Shown here in pieces: positions 12,571-25,595 of a stretch of DNA of 64,000 bases; position 1 is the stretch's first letter, and each line of letters starts with the position of its first letter. The stretch spans positions 38,440,001-38,504,000 of the forward strand of contig CM069131.1 in the NCBI GenBank assembly GCA_035221665.1. Reading direction: 5' to 3'. The notes beneath the pieces were generated by a model that was not told the origin of the DNA, did no database searches, and saw nothing but the letters and a program-made list of their open reading frames with translations. A program made the position numbers and the translations under genes. The stretch is from Okamejei kenojei (lineage: Eukaryota).

Positions 12571-15500
12571 TTTCAAAGCTCTGTGATTTCACGCCCTGAA
12601 CAACGTCCATGCTTATCACACTGCCGCCATTCTGATGGAGTAAGACTGTTAATGGAGTTCAGTTGACAGCGGCTGAAAAATCAACACAATTTATTAATCA
12701 ACTAAACAACAACCCCTAATTCGGGGCCAGACATTTACTGAGCGGTACCCAGGATAGCTTCTGCAAATGTCGCAGGAACGGCCAGAGACTTGTTATAGAA
12801 CCGTTGAAAGGTTTTTCCCCCACTGGCCCAGCCCGCAGTGGCGAAAATGTGGTCCATGGGCACCTTCATGGCTCTCGCTGCAGCCCTGGTGGAATAAGAC
12901 TTAAAACGTTAGTAGCAACTCCTGTTTTAATAACTCTTTACCAAAGAATTTTATTTGACCAGGGTTGGCCACCATGGTGTCCAGTCGCAGTTTTTGTAAC
13001 ATCTGGGCTCGTTGGGCTGTCGCCAGTGCCATTAAGGGTGAGCTGTTTCAAATGGTAGCTCATCTATTGGAGCCCAGCTCCTCAGTAGGGTCAGCATGAT
13101 CCCCACATCCCACGTTACTGTATATCTGGGTCGTGGAGGGATTGGTATTGAATACTCCCCTCATTAGTTTAGACACCAGGTGGTGGGAGCTGATACTTAT
13201 ATCCAGGTATGAATACAGCATACTCCTGTCGCTGTTGATGGCACTGTAGCTGAGGCCTGCATCAAAATGGAGGCCTGCTAGAAACTCCAACACATCCAGT
13301 ATTGTTGCCGAGTTGGAGGACTTGTTGTTCCGGGCACAGAACCCTCCCACTTTCTGATTTGAGTGAGATATTGTTTGCGGGTGGATTCCCGATACGATGC
13401 TGCAATAAGGTTCATGGCTCTTGACGAGATGCCTGCCCGGTTGAGCGGTCTTTTCAGAACCTGCAAGCCAACAAGTTTAATGACCATGGCAAGGATGACT
13501 GACCCCCCTGTAATGGAGTGAGTAATCAATTTGGGATGTTTCCCAATCGCCATCCATGGTTGTTGTACATTTCTACAACCATCGGGTACCATGGTTGTGT
13601 AGGCCAGTCGGGAATGATCAATATGTCAGTTGCAGAGTCTAGTTTAATTTTCTGCAATACCCGACTGGTGAGGCAGCATGGGGGAAAACGCGTAGCAACC
13701 CATTTCCCCCAATGGATAAAAATGCATCCAATGCTATTACCCCAGGGTCTGGTTCCCACAACACATACGTTGGTATTCGATGGTTCAGCCTGGACGCAAA
13801 TAGGTCAATATCTGGTGTCCCCAATTTGAGCTATAATATCTCCAAAATCTGGGGGTTCAACATCCACTCAATGTTGTCATTGAAGACACGTGACCTGGTG
13901 TCCGCCACTGAATTAAGCTTCCCAGGCAAATAGGTCGCAGTAATCCAAATATTTCTTTCAATGCACCAGTGCCAAATTGTATTAGCCAATTCATTCCAAA
14001 CTAGCGACCTAATACTACCCATATGATTGATGTAAACCATTATTGTAGCATTATCTATTCGAAAGCGGACATGTAATCCCATGAATTAGTACAGAAGCCC
14101 GCAGTCCATGAAACACCCCCAGCATTTCTATATAGTTTATCCCATGTGACTCCAGGAATGTAGACTCATGAGAGTTCCATCTGCCACCACAATGGACATC
14201 GTACCAGTTGCTCCCCAGCCTGGTGCACTTGCGTTAGTTAGTAGCACAACATCAGGGTTGCTCCATATAATAGGTCAATGACATTCTTTAATATTATCTA
14301 CCACCATTATAGCTTGTTTCTAGCTTCCGGTGGTAACCAAAGTGGCCGATCAAAGCAGCCAGCATTTGTTTTTTAAATGCTGTGATTTGTGACCTTTGTG
14401 AATTTCGGTAGTGTAGCGGTCCGAATCGTGCAGCTGGGAATGTAGTTACCAATTTAGAGTTACCAATACCAATAACTTTCGCTGTTTGCCACATGGTCGA
14501 TACCCTGGCGCAAGCAAGATTGTGGCACTCTTCTGATATAGCAGTAGCTTTATTAGTGGGGATGATAAACTTCATTAAATTAGTGTCTAAAGGTGAACAC
14601 CAAATCCATAACCCTTAGCGGATGCAGTTTTTGATTTGTCTGGATGGATTACAATCCCAGTTTCTCAAGCAGAGCCTTGGTTTGCAGCCACTCCTTGAAT
14701 TGCCAATTGGAGGGTCTGCCCCATTATAAGGATTTCATCCAACATGCCATCACTATAATCTTGTTGTCGGAGAAGAGCCAATACAGGTAAATACCAACTT
14801 GGTAAACAGCCTAAGCTGTGATGGTTCCATTAGGCAATGCACCCTTCCAGACAACTTCAGAATTCCCTGTGAGCCTCAGCGATGGGCACCGTATAGCATG
14901 CTTCTTTCAAACTGATACATGCCATAAAGTACCCTGAGTAAAGCATCCACCTAGCTGTTCCAAAAGCATCCATTTTGACATGGGTATATTGTACAAAAGT
15001 GTTCAACTCAGCTAAATCGATTATAACTCAATATGTCCATGCTTGGTTATGCCAATTACCACTTTTCCCTGCTCGCCATATAATTTCAGCATGCCCTGCC
15101 TCCACCTCTTTTCGGGATAGAGTAAATTCCTACGAGGCGAATGCTGGGTATGGGAATCTATACCTCCCACGAATTATATACCCTTGAACACTTTGTAAAA
15201 TAAACTCATCTGTGGTTACAGTTTTCCCCATATGTCCAAGGCCGCCCGCAATCGCCCACCTATTCGTACAGGAGGGATACTACGGCGTGAGAGGAGCCAG
15301 ACCCCCTTACCTCCATAGTGAATGGCGGTTCCATACATACGGTGCTTCGGGTGGACGTTATGGAAGTTGACGGCCCGGCGGCCGCATTTCCCATGCAGGC
15401 CGCTGTTGGCCTTGCCCTAAATGGTCGTTGTATTTATTGAGATGGAGGTAGGTAGAATCTTTGTGCCCTATCCGGCAGCCTTGGTTCACTGGTTGTATTA

Positions 15501-16879
15501 GGCTGTTGCCGGTGATATGGGTGAACTCTGACCGATGGAGTTTCATGAGGCCCACTGTTTTGGCCTCCTTTGTCCAGTCCCTTCACCTGTTTGTACAGGT
15601 CTCCAAGCAACTGATGCGGCGGTGGAGCGGTAATGGTCGGCACAACCCCGCGAATTTGGGGTTTAGTGTGGGCTATATGGAGCTCTTACGCAGGCAATAT
15701 ATCTCATACTGGGCGTTGCATAGGAGTGCTAGCGCATCATGCTATTTACTGGACACATTATCCCCGATCAGGGTTTTCCAGAACGCCGTTATGCCCGTGG
15801 AGAACCTTTCTCCAAGGTATTATTGAGAATTTGACTCCAGAGTTGGTGCATACGTAGGCAATCAATGGTGCCCGCCAATTCGTTGTGCAGGGTTCACCTG
15901 TCTGGGTAGAAACGGCAAACTTCACTCACCACATCCAGCATCCTCCTCATGCTCTGGTTCAGCGGTCACTGGCTGTCCCTGGTCGTCGTCAAACTCAGCA
16001 GCTGGGCAATCATTAATGCTTCTGGCTGGAGACGATGAGGAGCTGAGCGGAGTCCTTGCACGGCTAGTGGATGCCGTTCTTCTCGTTCTTGGTCCCGATG
16101 GAGATGTTGGACCATTTAAGAGCTCCAACCGCTCAATGCGACCGTCCCTGCTATATGCAGCGGACAAGCCGACTTCCCCAGGCCCTGCGAATTCACTGGG
16201 GCTTCCACCATCGGACCTCACCCCCTTAGGGTCTATGGTCCAATGGCAGGTCGTCGTGACCTACAGCCCAAGTAGGGTCATACGACTCCCGCACGGACTC
16301 TCTGCTAGTCTGTCTTCTCCCAGACTGTGGCGGCCCACCTGGCAGATAAGAAGGCAGGTGAGTTGACTCGGCGCCAGCCCCCGGAACCTGGCTCCCCAGA
16401 GTCCGTGCAGGCTTACCTCCACACTTACACCATTACTTGGCGTGGAGGCGCATGGTCGGCCGCTCGCAGTGCTGAGCTGACCGACCGCTTCCTGCTGCCA
16501 CCTCCGCCCTTGACCGCAGCCTGACGGGGTGTGTTGTCGGCGGTATCTGCTCCAGCAGGCCTACACGACGCAGCAGTGTTATGCCCGGGCTGCACGATGG
16601 CAGATATCCCTGGCTGCGGTACGCAATGCACTCTGCAGGGCTCCCCTGTCGTGCGGCTGTCCCCCGGCCCAGCCCCCTCGGGTCTACTGGAGCTCGGGGA
16701 GAGGTTGCCTGTAAAAGAAAAACAAGACCCCTTGCTACGTACCTGTATCCCCCCTTATTCTCTTGGGGGACGGGGGGCTCGGAGTCTGGACCTGTTGCTT
16801 GCAGCTCCATAGTGGTAACCCATTCGGGTGAGTCGGCCCCTGTATTAGCGGGAGCGCCCGACTCTGCATTCCAGCCCCC

Positions 16880-17219
16880 ACCGTTGCGATAAAGCTGCCG
16901 GCGTTCCGTGCAGCTCCGGGGACAAGGGCCGTCGGCTGGCCGCAGCTCAGCTCCGCGCCCGACTTCCTCATTCCTGCCCCCACCGTTGCGGTAAAGCTGC
17001 CGGCGTTCCGTGCAGCTCCGGGGACAAAGGCCGTCGGCTGGCCGCAGCTCAGCTCCGCTCCCCGACTTCCACATGTGTTGAAGCTGCCGGCGTTCCGTGC
17101 AGCTCCGGGGACAAGGGCCGTCGGCTGGCCACAGCTCAGCTCCGCGCCCGACTTCCGCATTCCTGAAGCTGCCGGCGTTCCGTGCAGCTCCGGGGACAGG
17201 GCCGTCGGCTGGCCGCAGC
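16880..17219. repeat. Four GC-rich ~85-100-bp tandem units inside the DIRS copy B leader
   Basis: The core AAGCTGCCGGCGTTCCGTGCAGCTCCGGGGACAAGGGCCGTCGGCTGGCCGCAGC starts at ~16892, 16994, 17081 and 17166. Confidence 0.92.
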
Positions 17220-18032
17220 ACAAATCAGCTCCCCGACAGCGTCGTCCTGCGGCCCTTGTCCATGCTGTAAAGGAAGGTAATACTTACCTGCCGGTCTTGT
17301 GAAGGAGGCCGGTGGGGAGAGCGCACTCCCCCCCCCCAGCTGCCGCTGCAAATGCGCGCGACGATAAGCTGCGCAAGCGTGCTGGCGGGTTCTTCACGAA
17401 GTCACTCACGTGACTCCGAAGTAAAATCCATAGCCTTAATCCATAATATGCCAAATATAACGGGAAGTGGCAAGGGAGACACAAAATTATCAGGTCTGAG
17501 TTTACTCAGAAAATTTCAGGTGAAAGTTGTGGGCAAAATCTCCACTTAACCCCACAACGGTCAGGATTTATGTTCATGATATCATATTTCACAGAGCTTT
17601 CTAAAAAACAGCAGTATAGAACAGATTTATTTATGGTCGATAAGCAGGGACTCATACTCTGGGAAACTCATTCCACCAATGAGATGCCCAAACTGTGAGT
17701 TACTACTTATCCTCTCGAGCAGTTCAATGTGAAAACCTTGCAAAACAAGTTGATAATTAGGAAAAGTGGGCCACTCGTATACATTAGTGTTGCTAAATCA
17801 GGTTGGCGATATCTCTGGAGCTTTCTTCACATAACCAGTTGTTTCCAATTACCTTGCTCAGTGAAAAAGGTAACTAATTAATAATGTAGAATCATTCAAA
17901 TAATTTTAATTGTCCTTTGATTTATTTCCCCGATTGAGAGAAATTCTAGGACTGTTAAAATGGTTTGATCTTCCTTCTACCAACATCACTCAAACAGTTT
18001 GTGTTTAGTTTAGTTTAGTTTATTGTGTATTA

Positions 18033-18363
18033 GAGTCATAAAGTGATACAGTGTGGAAACGGGCCCTTCAGCCCAACTCGCCCACACCGGCCAACAATGT
18101 CCCAGCCACACTAGTCCCACTTGCCAGCGCTTGGTCCACATCCCTCCAAACCTGTCCTATCCATGTACCCGTCTAACTGTTTCTTAAACAATGTGATAGT
18201 CCCAGCCTCAACTACCGCCTCTGGCAGCTTGTTCAATACACCCACCACAGTTTATGTGAAAAAGTTACCCCTCAGATTCCTATTAAATCTTTTCCCCTTC
18301 ACCCTGAACCTATGTCCTCTGGTCCTTGATTCCCCTACTCTGGGCAAAAGACTCTGTGCATCT
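18033..18363 (-). mobile_element. CR1-family 3' fragment
   Basis: Reverse complement of a CR1 3' region (..aaaagatttaataggaatctgaggggtaactttttcac.. to gggctgaagggcccgtttcc). Confidence 0.75.
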
Positions 18364-18449
18364 ATTGGGGTACATGCATTTTGCTGCATGCTAACCAGTC
18401 AGCAGAAAGGCAAAACATGATTACAATCAAACCATTCACTGTGTGATTA

Positions 18450-20113
18450 GTGAATACGAATGTAGGTCCCTTACAGTCAGAGACAGGTAAATTTATAATG
18501 GGAAACAAGGAAATGGCAGAACAGTTAAACAAATACTTTGGTTCTGTCTTCACTAAGAAAGTCACAAACAATCTCCTGGAAATACTAGGGAAGCGAGGAT
18601 ATAGAGAGAGGGAGGAACTGAAGGGAGTCCACATTAGTCAGAAAATGGTGTTAGATAAACTGTTGGAACTGAAGGCAGATAAATCCCCAGTTCAAGTTGG
18701 TCTGCAGCCCAGAGTACTCAAGGAGGTGGCCATACTCTGGATCAGATCCTGTGGACTGGAGGGTAGCCAATGTAACTCAACTTTTTAAGGATGGAGAGAG
18801 AAAATGTTATAGCAGTGCATTTGGAAAGCAGTGATGGGATCGGTCAAAGTCAGCATGGATTTATGAAGGGGAAATCATGCTTGACTGATCTTTTGGAATT
18901 TTTGGGGGATATAACAAGTAGAATGGATAAGGGAGAGCCAGTGGATGTGGTGTATCTGAACTTTCAAAAAGCCTTTGACAAGAAATTTATGTGCAAAATT
19001 AGAGCACGTGGTATTTGGGGAGGGTATTGACATGGATAGAGAACTGGTTGGCAGCCAGGAAGCACGGAGTGGGAATTCACGTGTCTTTTTGAGAATGGCA
19101 GGCAATGACTAGTGGGGTGCTGCAAGGCTTGGTGCTGGGACCCCAGTTGTTTACAATATATATTAACTATGTAGACAATGGAATTAAATGTAACATCTCT
19201 AAGTTTGCAGATGACATAAAGCTGGGTGGCAGTGTGAGCTGCTAGGTAGATGCTATGAGGCTGCAGGGTGAATTAGATAGATTGGGTGAGTGTGCAAAAA
19301 AATTGCAGATGCAGTATAATGTGGATACATGTGAGGTTATCCATTTTGATGGCAAGAACAGGAAGGCAGATTATTATCTGAATGGTGTCAGATTTGGAGA
19401 AGGGGAGGTGCAACAAGACCTGGGTGTGCTTGTACATCAGTCACTGAAAGTAAGCATGAAGGTGCAGCAGGCAGTGAAGAAAGCCAATGGCATGTTGGCC
19501 TTCATTGCGAGAGGATTTGAGTTTAGGAGAAAGGAGGTCCTACTGCAGTTGTACCGGGGCCTGGTGAGACCGCACCTGGAGTATTGTGTGAAATTTGGTC
19601 TCCTATTTTGAGGAAGGACATTATGACTATTGAGGGAGTGCACCGTAGGTTATTTCCTGGGATGGCAGGACTGACATATGGTGAAAGAATGGGTCGACTG
19701 GGCTTGTATTTACTGGAGTTTAGAAGGATGAGAAGGGATCTTATAGAAACATATAAGATTCATAAGGTATTGGACACACTAGATGCAGGAAAAATGTTCC
19801 CGATATTGGGGGAGTCCAGAGCCAGGGGTCACAGTTTAAGAATAAGGGGTAGGCTATTTAGGACTGAACTTTTTCACCCAGAGAGTTGTAAATCTGTGGA
19901 ATTCTCTGCCTCAGAAGGCAGTGAAGGCCAATTCACTGGATGTTTTCAAGAGAGAGTTAGATTTAGTTCTTAGGGCTAAGGAAATCAAGGGATATGGGGA
20001 AAAAGCCGAAATGCGGTAATGATTTTGGCTGATCAGCCATGATAATATTGAATGGCGGTGCTGTCTCAAAGGGCCGAATGGCCTACTCCTGCACCTAGTT
20101 TCTATGTATCTAT
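18450..20113 (+). mobile_element. CR1 LINE ORF2 RT fragment with 3' tail
   Basis: MAEQLNKYFGSVFT, QHGFMKGKSCLT, VDVVYLNFQKAFDK, KFADD (~19201), YRGLVRPHLEYC and a (TCTATGT)n tail. Confidence 0.92.
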
Positions 20114-20119
20114 GTTTAC

Positions 20120-20540
20120 AGGTACATGATAAAGAGAACAATTAGAATAATGTTTAGTGCAAGATAAAGCCAGTAAAGTCCAATCAATGACAGCCCGAGG
20201 ATCTCCAATGAGGTAGATAGTAGTTCTAGATGTGAAAGGATGGATCAGTTGCCTGACAACAGCTGGGAAGAAACTGTCCCTGAATCTGGAGATGTGCGCT
20301 TTCACATTTCGATACTTTTTGCCCGATTTGAGAGGGATTGGACAGGGTGCAACTTGTCCTTGATTATGCTGGTGGCATTGCTGAGGCACTATTGCGTGTG
20401 GTATAAATGGAATCAGTGGAAGGGAAGTTTGTTTGTGTGATGGTCTCAGCTGCGTCCACAATTGTCTGCAATGTCTTGCAGCCTTGGAAGAAGCTATGAT
20501 ACATCCCGATAACATGCTTTCTACGGTGCATCTGATCATT
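20120..20540 (-). mobile_element. Rex1-type LINE 3' fragment
   Basis: RCTVESMLSGCI..; SGKKYR.VKA..SRFRDSFFPAVVRQL in ORF 20102-20545. Confidence 0.75.
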
Positions 20541-20844
20541 ATCACATTGATGCTTGTGAGAGTTTGCCATGCACATTAGCTGCCCAATTTCCACATTACA
20601 ACAATGGCTGTTCTAGTATTTATTCCATTGTCTGATATGTAATTTTAGACATTGTGAAAGCCCCCATATGGATTCACGTTCTTCTTCCATTGCATGATCA
20701 TCCCTCCAGCTTCGAACAGTCAGTTAAAATCATAATGCACACTGCTGGAGTATCTCAACAGGTCAGGCAGCATCTGTGTAGCACAGATGCAGTCTGACCT
20801 GCTGAGTTACTCCAGCTTTTTTGTGTTTTGCTCAAGATTCACAA

Positions 20845-21062
20845 AAGGTGTGTGTATGGAACAAGCTGCCAGAGGAGGTAATTGAGGCTGGGACTATCTC
20901 ATCGTTTAAGAAACAGTTAGACAGGTACAGGGACAGGTTTGGAGGGATATGGACCAAGCGCAGGCAAGTGGGACTAGTGTAGCAGGGACATTGTTAGCCC
21001 ATGTGGGTAAGTTGGGCCGAAGGGCCTGTTTTCATACTGTATAACTCTATGACTCTATGAAT
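20845..21062 (+). mobile_element. CR1 3' fragment flanked by Penelope-type terminal pieces (20740-20840, 21066-21095)
   Basis: tggaacaagctgccagaggagg...gggccgaagggcctgtt...(ACTCTATG)n tail. Confidence 0.75.
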
Positions 21063-22332
21063 CTATTCCAGCATCTGCAGTTCCTTATGTCTCTAAAAAT
21101 CACGATATATGGGATTAGTAAATAACTCAGCATGTAAATCTGATGTGCAATTAAGTGGCCGAGGTTATTTCCTCATTCAGTGATACTCTTGTCAAACTAT
21201 CTCAATTACATCTCAACCGATTATTAAACAAGAACCTTCGTTCTGACAGACTCTAATATGGAGAGTACTGGACTGACTGTCTGATGTACTGACCATGGAA
21301 ATCTGGCAGGCGTAACAACCGTATTGACCAAGATGTTGAAGGCTCACAAATCTTCATCAGCACAAAGCGTTGAATTCTCAGTGCAAGGAAGTGATCATTG
21401 CAAATCAAAACACTGCACACTGTTACAAAAGAATTCACTAAGTACTGTGTCTTTGATTGGAAATTATACAGTAATGTTTTGTTTCTGCTGCGATAGTCTG
21501 GCTCGAGTCCAGTCATTCGGAGAACAGCTTCACTAGTGTGACATTTCAACACAGTGTGAAGTCAAAGAGCGAAAAAAGCAAGCCTTTTGTTTATTAAAAA
21601 TTGAGCTGTACACAAACACTGGGAAGGAAAAAAAAGGCATTTTCAATTTCGTCCTTTCGTCCCAGATGAGGACTCACATTGAGAGGATTGTGCAGGATTA
21701 GTGCCAATTCCTCACTAGATTGCAATCCAAGTTGGAACCCTCTGCCAAATTTCCTCACTCACAGCATCATTCCTAACTCCTAGCCAAATGTGATGATTTG
21801 CCATCTCAAGGAATCTCAGCATGGCTGTTTGGGCTTCAAATCTGGAGCTTATTGCTTTTTTATATTAGAAAGGTAGACACACCATCTGCCTTAAATTGTA
21901 CATACATTTTGAAGTGAGTATTACTAGGTAGGAGAGGAAAATTGTTTGTCCGAACGTCGTATGAATGGAAGCAAGAGTTAGTGTCAACTTATTGGGAAAG
22001 GTCAATCTCATTCTTTTGAGGAATCTCTTTGTTCTATCTTAACATGTATTATACAGGTACTGCATTTGAGACGTTTAGTACAGAATAACTTGTTAAAAAC
22101 TGTTGTGAGATTGGAGAATTGTTGAAAGAAAATGATAACATTGATCTTTTTCCCCAGGGAATAAAATCTGTTACTCAAACCCCAAAGGTTGCACTTGGAA
22201 GTCCTGTAGTTTACAATATTCTCAATTGTGCTGCCATATTTGTGATCTCAGTTGATTGGAGCTTTACAAAGTTTGATTTAACATTGAAGCTGTGGTCTGT
22301 ACATAAAACATATGTACTATGTACTGTAATAT

Positions 22333-22701
22333 GAAACATATAAGATTATTAAGGGTTTGGACATGCTAGAGGCAGGAAACATGTTCCCGATGTTGCGGGT
22401 GTCCAGAACCTGGGGCCACAGTTTAAGAATAAGGGGTAAGCCATTTAGAACGGAGATGAGGAAACACTTTTTCACATAGAGAGTTGTGAGTCTGTGGAAT
22501 TCTCTGCCTCAGAGGGTGGTGGAGGTCATTCTCTGGATACTATCAAGAGAGAGCTAGAAAGGGCTCTTAAAGATAGCGGAATCAGGGATATGGGGAGAAG
22601 GCAGGAACTGGTTGTGGATGGTCAGCCATGATCACATTGAATGGCGGTGCTGGTTCGAAGGGCTGAATGGCCTACTCCTGCGCCTATTGTCTATTGTCTA
22701 T
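22333..22701 (+). mobile_element. CR1 3' fragment
   Basis: Near-identical to 2490-2849; tail ctattgtctattgtcta. Confidence 0.85.
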
Positions 22702-23235
22702 ATCAATGGGTTTATCATTTAAGAGGTTATTCTGTACTAAACACCTCAAATGCAGTATTTAGAGAAGACATTTTAAGCTAGAATTCCTCAAAAGATTGAG
22801 ATGTAATTTTAGTTATTGCTGTATAAATTTTATCTTGAGTAGTACTAGAATGTACAGTTCCAAATATTTCCCCCAAAGGTATCTTTTCCCTTAATAATGA
22901 ATTCAAATGAAATTAAAATGGAAAATGCTTCAAAAACTGACCGGGTCAGGTTGCATATTTGGCAGGAGAAGCAAAGGCATTGTTTGGTTTTGAAGACCCT
23001 TTGTTAGAACAGGGTAGATGAGGAAACACATCGGCATCAAATTGCCAAGGAGGGTGGAAGAGGTATGTGTGGAGCAAAGTGGATAGCTGTAAAAGGAAGA
23101 GACCAGGAATAGCCTGGGGCTTTGTAATGGTAGGTCATGAATAGTAGATGATGAATCAGTTAGGGAAAGAGAGAACAGGGTCTTCTTTCATAAAAGCTAT
23201 GAATCTATAAAGCTAGTAAAGCTATGAAGCTATTA

Positions 23236-23498
23236 ATAGGAATCTGAGGGGTAACATTTTCACACAATGGGTGGTAAGTGTATGGAGCAAGCTGCCAGAG
23301 GAGACATTTGAGGCAGGAACTTAATGTTGGGATAGCCATGTACCTGTCTACAGTTAGACAGATACATGTGTAGGAGAAGTTTGGAGGGATATGGGCCCAA
23401 TTCAGGCAGGTGGGATTAGTTATGCTGGGACATGTTGGCTGCTGTGGGCAAGATGGACCAAAGGGTCTGTTTCCGCACTGTTTCACTCTATGACTCTG
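23236..23498 (+). mobile_element. CR1 3' fragment
   Basis: aataggaatctgaggggtaac...ctctatgactct tail. Confidence 0.7.
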
Positions 23499-24087
23499 AG
23501 GGCAGGATTACAGGATATATGCACAGCAGCTCAGGCAGAGCAAATGAATAGAGAAATGCTGTGCCCAATCATGGATGGAGAGGCCAATTCTACAGCAGGC
23601 AGAGGAAGAGAATTATCTGAAGTTGTAGAATTCAATGTCAAGTTTGAAATGCTGCAACTTGGAGATGTCATACCCTAAGCTTGTGTTGGGCCTTGTTATA
23701 ACAATGCATGGTGATTTTCTCAGTATTTCCCAAATTTTCTGTTTTATTTCAGGTTTCCAGCAAAACTGCAGTTTTTTTTTGACATTCTTTTGTTAATTAA
23801 TTCAATTGATGAATTTGTGTTTCCTCAGGAATAAATCTCATATATTGCAATCAATGAACTGGGCAAATGCATGGACAATGAAGAACCCTTAATTCTGACC
23901 TACTCATTTGAATGGTGCTTTTCAGAACCTAACCCCTTGCAATTCCTCTTAAATATTAGATTTTTAACATTTTTCTCTACTCTGAATCCTCAGCGTAATA
24001 GAATCAAGATTTATCAAAGTGTTCTGTTCTCCAACATAGCTCAAATCAACTTTAGAAATCCCCACAGTGCAAGGATTGGTAGGGGAG

Positions 24088-25010
24088 GCAAATATGAGAG
24101 TGGCATTTAAGAGACTTCTGGATAGGCACATGGTTATGCAGGAAATGGAGGGATATGAATTATGTGGAGGCAGATAAAGAGTTGATCTTGGCATCATGTT
24201 CGGCACAGATATTGTGAGCTGAAGGCCTTTTCTTGTGCTATACTGTTCTATGTTCTGTACTGTTCAACTGTTCTAATATTGTCTTGTACTCAAAGATTTG
24301 TATGAATGAGAGGTGATCTCAGTGAGAAGAAACATGACTTGGAATAGATCCATCAAAAGATGGATGCCGAGTCACTGTTCCCACCAGCTGGAAATCTAGA
24401 ACTGGCAGCCATAATCTCAAGAAAAGGTGTCAGTCACTTAGGAGATGGGAGAAACTTCTCTATTCAGGGTTCAGCGGGATGTGGAAGCTCAGTAGGTGCA
24501 GATATATTTCTCAGCACTCAGGAAATCAACTGAGGGACATGTCATAGAATCATAAAGTCATACAGCACAGAAATAAGACCTTCAGAGGGGACACCTTAGG
24601 CCCAACTCGTCCATGCCAGCCAAGGTACCTCCTCTGAGCTAGTCTCATTTGCCTGCAATTGGCCCATATTCCTCTAATTTCCTATTCATGTACCTGCACA
24701 AAAGTGTTTTAAGTGTTGTTATATTTGCCTCAACTACCTCCTCTTGCTGCTTGTTCTATATAACCACTGTGTGAAAATTTTGTCCCTTAGGTTACTATTA
24801 AATCTTGCCTTTCTCACCTTAAATCTATGTCCTCTGGTTCTTGATCACAGTGAAGAATACCATGGTGGATATTTATATTACATTCTATTGTGTGTTGTGT
24901 TCTTTTTAATTGTATGGCTGTATGGTAACTCATTTCACTGTTTTGGTGCATGTGACAAATAAATATGACCCTTGAACCTTGATTCCCCAACCCTGGTAAA
25001 AAAAACACCA
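24088..25010. mobile_element. Cluster of old CR1 3' fragments (+ at 24088-24530; - at 24542-25010, the latter interrupted by a Rex-type 3' end at ~24846-24975)
   Basis: CR1 tail motifs in both orientations. The cttgat..ccttgattcccc continuity is broken by an insert ending tgtgacaaataaa. Confidence 0.6.
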
Positions 25011-25369
25011 CTAATTTTACTTTTTGTGTTCCTAAAATCTATGAGTCAAAGTCAGAATTTTAACATCAAAAGGAATGTTAGGCTTGAATAAGCCAGTTTG
25101 TTTGGATGCCTCAGAATAGACTCCAGTAAAAAGGAGCCCACTACACTGCAAAAATTAATGGGGTGGTAAACTATTGAGTTCATTACACAAAGCAATAGCA
25201 TTCAATGTTGACAGATTTGCGATAAATTCATCTCAGAATCCAAATGGAAGAAAAAAATATTAAAACTAAATTGGAATCATTTTTAGCTTTTTTTAGTTTC
25301 TGATTGATTTGGCAGTATTGGAATAATAAAATATAGATCAGCATCTATAAACTGGATTATATAAGACAG

Positions 25370-25595
25370 GAGATAGACATAAAAAGCTGGAGTAACTCAG
25401 CGGGTAAGACAGACAGGATCTCTGGAGAAAAGGAATAGGTGACGTTTTGGATCGAGACACATCTTCAGACTTTCTAAGAAGGGCTCCGATCCCAAAAGTC
25501 ACCTATCCATGTTCTCCAGATCCGTCAGATCCATTGAGTTACTCCAGTACTTTGTTTCATCTTGTAAACCAGCATCTGCAGTTTCTTGTTTCTAC
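25370..25595. mobile_element. Head-to-head inverted pair of Penelope-type termini
   Basis: gctggagtaactcagcggg..ggtgacgttttggatcgagac is mirrored by ctaagaagggctccgatcccaaaagtcacc..tgagttactccag. Confidence 0.6.

Larger units (their letters stand above)
12239..17427 (-). mobile_element. DIRS1-type tyrosine-recombinase retrotransposon (copy B, ~5.2 kb, decayed ORFs, intact termini)
   Basis: ~34-bp ITRs (TTCGTGAAGAACCCGCCAGCACGCTTGCGCAGC; 12313-12345 vs 17368-17400) and an ICR at 12457-12570. RT/RNaseH remnants (DNATIMVYINHMG, YLPGKLNSVADTRSR), MT-like PDIDLFASRLNH..PDWPTQPWY, YR GLSYSAINS and TFQRFYNK. Confidence 0.93.
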
